34,968 bases of DNA, from assembly GCA_943704415.1 (NCBI GenBank), contig CALSCO010000461.1, positions 1 to 34,968 on the forward strand, read 5' to 3'. Below, one piece after another: positions 31,423 to 34,968 of the stretch (within the stretch, counting starts at the first letter, position 1; each line of letters begins with the position of its first letter). Both the position numbers and the translations under genes were made by a program. Origin of the DNA: Parvularia atlantis. Its lineage: Eukaryota. The notes under the pieces were generated by a model. It ran no database searches. It saw only the letters and a program-made list of their open reading frames with translations, and was not told the origin of the DNA.

Positions 31423-32926
31423 ATGTTCCGCTTCGCCAACCCGAACCGCGCCTTCGAGCGCCGCCTGCGCTGCTACTCGGTCGCGCTCGCGCCGACGCAG
31501 CAGCGCCTGGATGACGTCGAGTTTGGCGGGAAGAGTGCGTGCCGTTCGTTTCGCCGGCAGTGGCTGACGCAGCGCCCAGTCTTCCTGCCGCCGTCGGCGC
31601 TGGAGGAGCTCGGTGCGCGCTGCGCCCGCAGGGTGGGACGTGTGCGCCCGCGTGCTGACTCGTTGCCGCCTGCGCGCGCGGTGCCCGGTGCCCAGCCATG
31701 CTCAACATCTCGTACCCGATGCTCTTCAGGCTCGGCAACGAGCGCGACAGCCGCGCCACGCACTGCGGCGTGCTCGAGTTCAACGCCAAGGAGGGCCAGT
31801 GCCACCTGCCGTACTGGGTGCGCGCACGCGACCTGCGCGCACGCTGCCTGACAGCACCGTGCGCGCGCGCGCGCGCAGATGATGCAGCAGCTGCTCCTGG
31901 CCGAGGGCGACATCGTCATCGTGCGCAACGTCACGCTCGAGCTGGGCCGCTTTGTCAAGGTGCAGCCCCAGTCGGCCGAGTTCCTCGACGTGTCCAATCC
32001 GCGCGCCGTGTGCGTGCGCGGGCGCCGACAGCCTGCCGTGCGCGGCTGACCCACCTTGCGCCGTGCGCCGTCCCGGGCCAGCCTCGAGCACGAGCTGGCC
32101 AAGTTCTCGTGCCTCACGGTCGACGACGTCATCGCGATCAAGTACAACGACAAGGTCTTCGAGCTCAAGGTGGTCGACACGCGGCCCGGCACCGGTGCGT
32201 GCGCAGGGGCCGCGTGCGCCAGTGCCGCGCTCACGCCGGCCTGCAGCCGTCTGCATCGTCGAGACCGACATTGAGATCGACTTTGCGCCGTACCCGGGCT
32301 ACGTCGAGCCGCAGCGGCCGCCGTCGTCGCAGGGCATCCCGTTCGGCACGAGCCCGAACCAGCAGCTGCTGCAGCAGGCGGCGCTCGCGGCATCGATGGA
32401 GGAGTCGAGCTCGGGCTTTGTGGCGTTCAAGGGTGCGTGCGTGCGCGGATGCTTGCTGCGTGCGATAGGGCTCACGAGCCTCGCACGCATCGCAGGCCAG
32501 GGCAACCGCATCAAGGAGCGCACGCCGTCGTCCAGCATCCCGATCGCCGTCGGCGCCGCCAAGGCCAACGGCACCGGCAGCGGCACGGCGGCGCCGCCCG
32601 CCACGCCCGCCTCGTTCACCACCGTGGGCGGCATACCGCTGAGCGCCCCGGCCGGCGGCGTGCCGAGCATGTCGCCGCAGAGCAAGTCGTTTGGCGGCTT
32701 CTCGCCCTCAAACGCCGCGCCGCTCAACCTGCCCAAGGGCAAGCTCGTCTTTGCCGCGCCGACATCGATGCCGCCACCGCCGCAGCCGCAGGCGTCGACG
32801 CAGGCGGCCGCGGGGGCCGGGGCGGGGGCGAGTGGCGCAAGCACCGTCGTGCGCTCGCAGGGCGTGCCGCGGCAGACGACGGCGGGCTTTGTGCCGTTCA
32901 GCGGGCAAGGGCACTCGCTTAAGTGA
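31423..32926 (+). CDS. UFD1: Ubiquitin fusion degradation protein 1, multi-exon
   Basis: [66 protein letters not shown] boxes FKGQGNRI and FSGQGHSLK. Confidence 0.95.
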
Positions 32927-33011
32927 GGACGCATGCATGCGGCGTCGCGCGTGTCTGTACAGGCTGGACATGGTGACTGTTGCACATGATCTTGAGACTT
33001 TGGGCTTGTGC

Positions 33012-33143
33012 TCAGTCGTCACGCCCTTGCCGCGAGCGCCCGAGCGACGACTGCCGTCTGGACGTGGCGCTGGACGTGGCGCTGGACGTGACACGGCTTC
33101 AATCGTCACGCCATTGCCGCGAGCGCTTGAGCGACGACTGGCG
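33012..33143 (-). repeat. Imperfect direct duplication (~45 bp) of the ICT1 3' end, separated by 12-bp tandem repeats
   Basis: Minus strand CAGTCGTCGCTCAAGCGCTCGCGGCAATGGCGTGACGATTGA versus CAGTCGTCGCTCGGGCGCTCGCGGCAAGGGCGTGACGACTGA; spacer contains (CTGGACGTGGCG)n on the plus strand. Confidence 0.85.
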
Positions 33144-33680
33144 CTTCTTGTCGAGCATGCGGCGCTGCTTGGCTGCGTGCTCGCTGCGCACGCACGCAGT
33201 CAGCGGGGGCGATCGCACGGTGCGGTAAAAGACGCACAGGCCACGCACGTGCGCGCGCTGCGCCGCGTCGGGCTCCTTGGGCACCTCAGACGCGCGCTGG
33301 ATCATCTCGTGCAGCTTGCCAAAGCAATCGTCCAGGTTGGCCGACTGCGTGCGGTTGCGCTCAGACGTAACGATGAGCTGGCCCTCCTTGTTGATTCGGT
33401 GGCCCTCGAGCTCGCGCAGGCGCCCGCGCGTGTACGCCGGCAGCCAGTCGGCCGCGGCGAGCTCGAAGCGGACCTCGGCCTTCGTATTGACCTTGTTCAC
33501 ATTCTGCCCGCCGGGCCCGCGTGACCGGTTGAACGAGACCGCGAGGCGATCGCGCGGGATGCGCTCACGCGTGAACGCCCGCGCCCACGCCGCCACCTGC
33601 CCGAGCTGCTCGCGCGTCCAGGCCGCCGTCGCCGCGCCGCTGGTCGCGATCGATCGCCACGTGACCTGCCACGGCCACAT
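33099..33680 (-). CDS. ICT1: ICT1/ArfB-type codon-independent peptidyl-tRNA hydrolase (mitochondrial), 2 exons
   Basis: RSRGPGGQNVNKVNTKAEVRF, INKEGQLIVTSERNRTQSANLDDC, basic tail RRMLDKKRQSSLKRSR. Start codon is tentative. Confidence 0.9.
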   Translation of the reverse strand: MWPWQVTWRSIATSGAATAAWTREQLGQVAAWARAFTRERIPRDRLAVSFNRSRGPGGQNVNKVNTKAEVRFELAAADWLPAYTRGRLRELEGHRINKEGQLIVTSERNRTQSANLDDCFGKLHEMIQRASEVPKEPDAAQRAHVRGLCVFYRTVRSPPLTACVRSEHAAKQRRMLDKKRQSSLKRSRQWRDD

Positions 33681-33702
33681 TTTTTCCCGCGCCGCAGCTA
33701 GG

Positions 33703-34968
33703 ATGGACCAGGCGACGCTTGGTGCGCTCCTCTTCCCCCTTGTTGGCGCGTCGCGGCCGCGGCGGCTCACGGGCGCACGCACCGGCACGCTCGCCTCGTG
33801 GCACGCACCGTCCCGCACACGCTATCGACGCGACACTGCCGACTCGCGCCGCTCGCAGTGCCCTCGTACGACCATCACGCGACGCTCGTCGCCGGAGGTA
33901 AACAGCGCGCCCGTCCGCCTCCCCGCGTCCCCGTCCGCTCACTCGCCGCGCACGCACGCCCCGCGCCCCGCGCCCCGTGCACATCCGCACCAGACGACAA
34001 CGCGACGCTCGTGGGCTCGGGCGGCCCGCAGTTCGTGTCGAACCTGTCGCGGGTGCGCGCCGGGCCGAAACAACGCGAAACGCTCATGCGCCGCCGTTTG
34101 CCCGCGCCGCCGCCGCGTCACCCAGCAAGCGCCGCAGATGCCGACGATCGTGCCGCACATCCGCATGGTCCCGCACTACTCATACTTCCCCCTGGTCGAC
34201 TGCGACGTGCCGCGCACGGTCAAGTTTGGCCGCATTGTGCGCCCCGCCCCCCCTTTTCCCCGTTGCCGCGTGAACGGCCGCCCGCTCACGCGGCACACGC
34301 GCGCGCCCCGCACGCGCCGCAGACCGAGCCGCCCGTGGAGGAGCCCGACTTTATCGGCTTCCCGAGCAAGGTCGTGTCGCGCCGCCACGCCGAGATCTGG
34401 ACGGTCAACAACGAGTTTTACATCCGCGACACCAAGAGCCAGTCGGTGCGCGCTGCCCGCTGCCTGTTCCCGCCTCATCCGCCGCTGCTGCGCGCGCCAC
34501 GCAGGGCACGTTCCTCAACGCGATGCGCCTCAGCCTGCCCGGCGAGGAGAGTAAGCCGTTCAAGCTCAAGAATGGCGACGCGATCCAGTTTGGCGTCGAC
34601 CGCCGCGGCGCCAGCGGCGACGACATGAAGTGTGTCGCGATGACGATCGAGCTCTCGTTCCGCAAGGTCGCGCCGCAGGAGCAGCCGGGCATGCGGCAGC
34701 AGCCGTCCTTTGGCGCGGCCGCGCCGCAGCCGCTCAGCGCGGTGCGTCCGCGCATTGCGTGCGCTGCCGCGTCGCTGACGCCGTTTGTCGGTGCGTCAGG
34801 GCAGCATGTCGGACCTCACGCTTGTCATGAACCACCAGCAGCAGCAGCAGCAGCACCCGCACGGCTCACTCCGCCGCTGAGACCGGCAGACATACATCCA
34901 ACGTGGCCGCTTGCGCAGGCCGCTTTTCTTGGTTCTTGTTGCGCCGCCGCACCCCCCCCCCCCCCCCC
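33703..34968 (+). CDS. FHA-domain protein, Dma1/SLMAP-type (probably 3'-truncated), multi-exon
   Basis: VKFGRI..IGFPSKVVSRRHAEIW..FYIRDTKSQSGTFLNAMRLS..SKPFKLKNGDAIQFGVD..KCVAMTIEL. Start codon tentative; no RING domain visible in the window. Confidence 0.8.

Noticed and set aside
34953..34968. Terminal poly-C run
   Set aside because: Probably an intronic homopolymer at a contig break; it is not a telomeric repeat.

Overview
GC-rich, gene-dense eukaryotic nuclear DNA with many short (~50-85 nt) spliceosomal introns (typical donor GTGCG, acceptor GCAG). Gene content (ROCK-like, Dma1-like FHA, trefoil-GH31, bifunctional AASS) suggests a unicellular opisthokont; this is inference. Sixteen protein genes were reconstructed by hand: ROCK/citron-like C-terminus, cytochrome P450, gamma-tubulin, PP5, SAM methyltransferase, GH31 alpha-glucosidase, DNAJC17, eRF1, AASS, cytochrome c1, a secreted alpha/beta hydrolase, Trs65/TRAPPC14-like, DUF4211/CCDC82-like, UFD1, ICT1/ArfB and a Dma1-like FHA protein. 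Two elements stand out. (1) A circularly permuted, intron-containing tRNA-Leu(CAG) gene at 12721-12824: the 3' part lies upstream of the 5' 14 nt, with a BHB-like junction at position 14/15 and a poly-T terminator. (2) A 431-aa class-1 intein with a degenerate LAGLIDADG domain inserted at the Cys of the YxCxxxF stop-codon-decoding motif of eRF1. CDS coordinates span first to last codon including introns; exon structures are manual and unverified.
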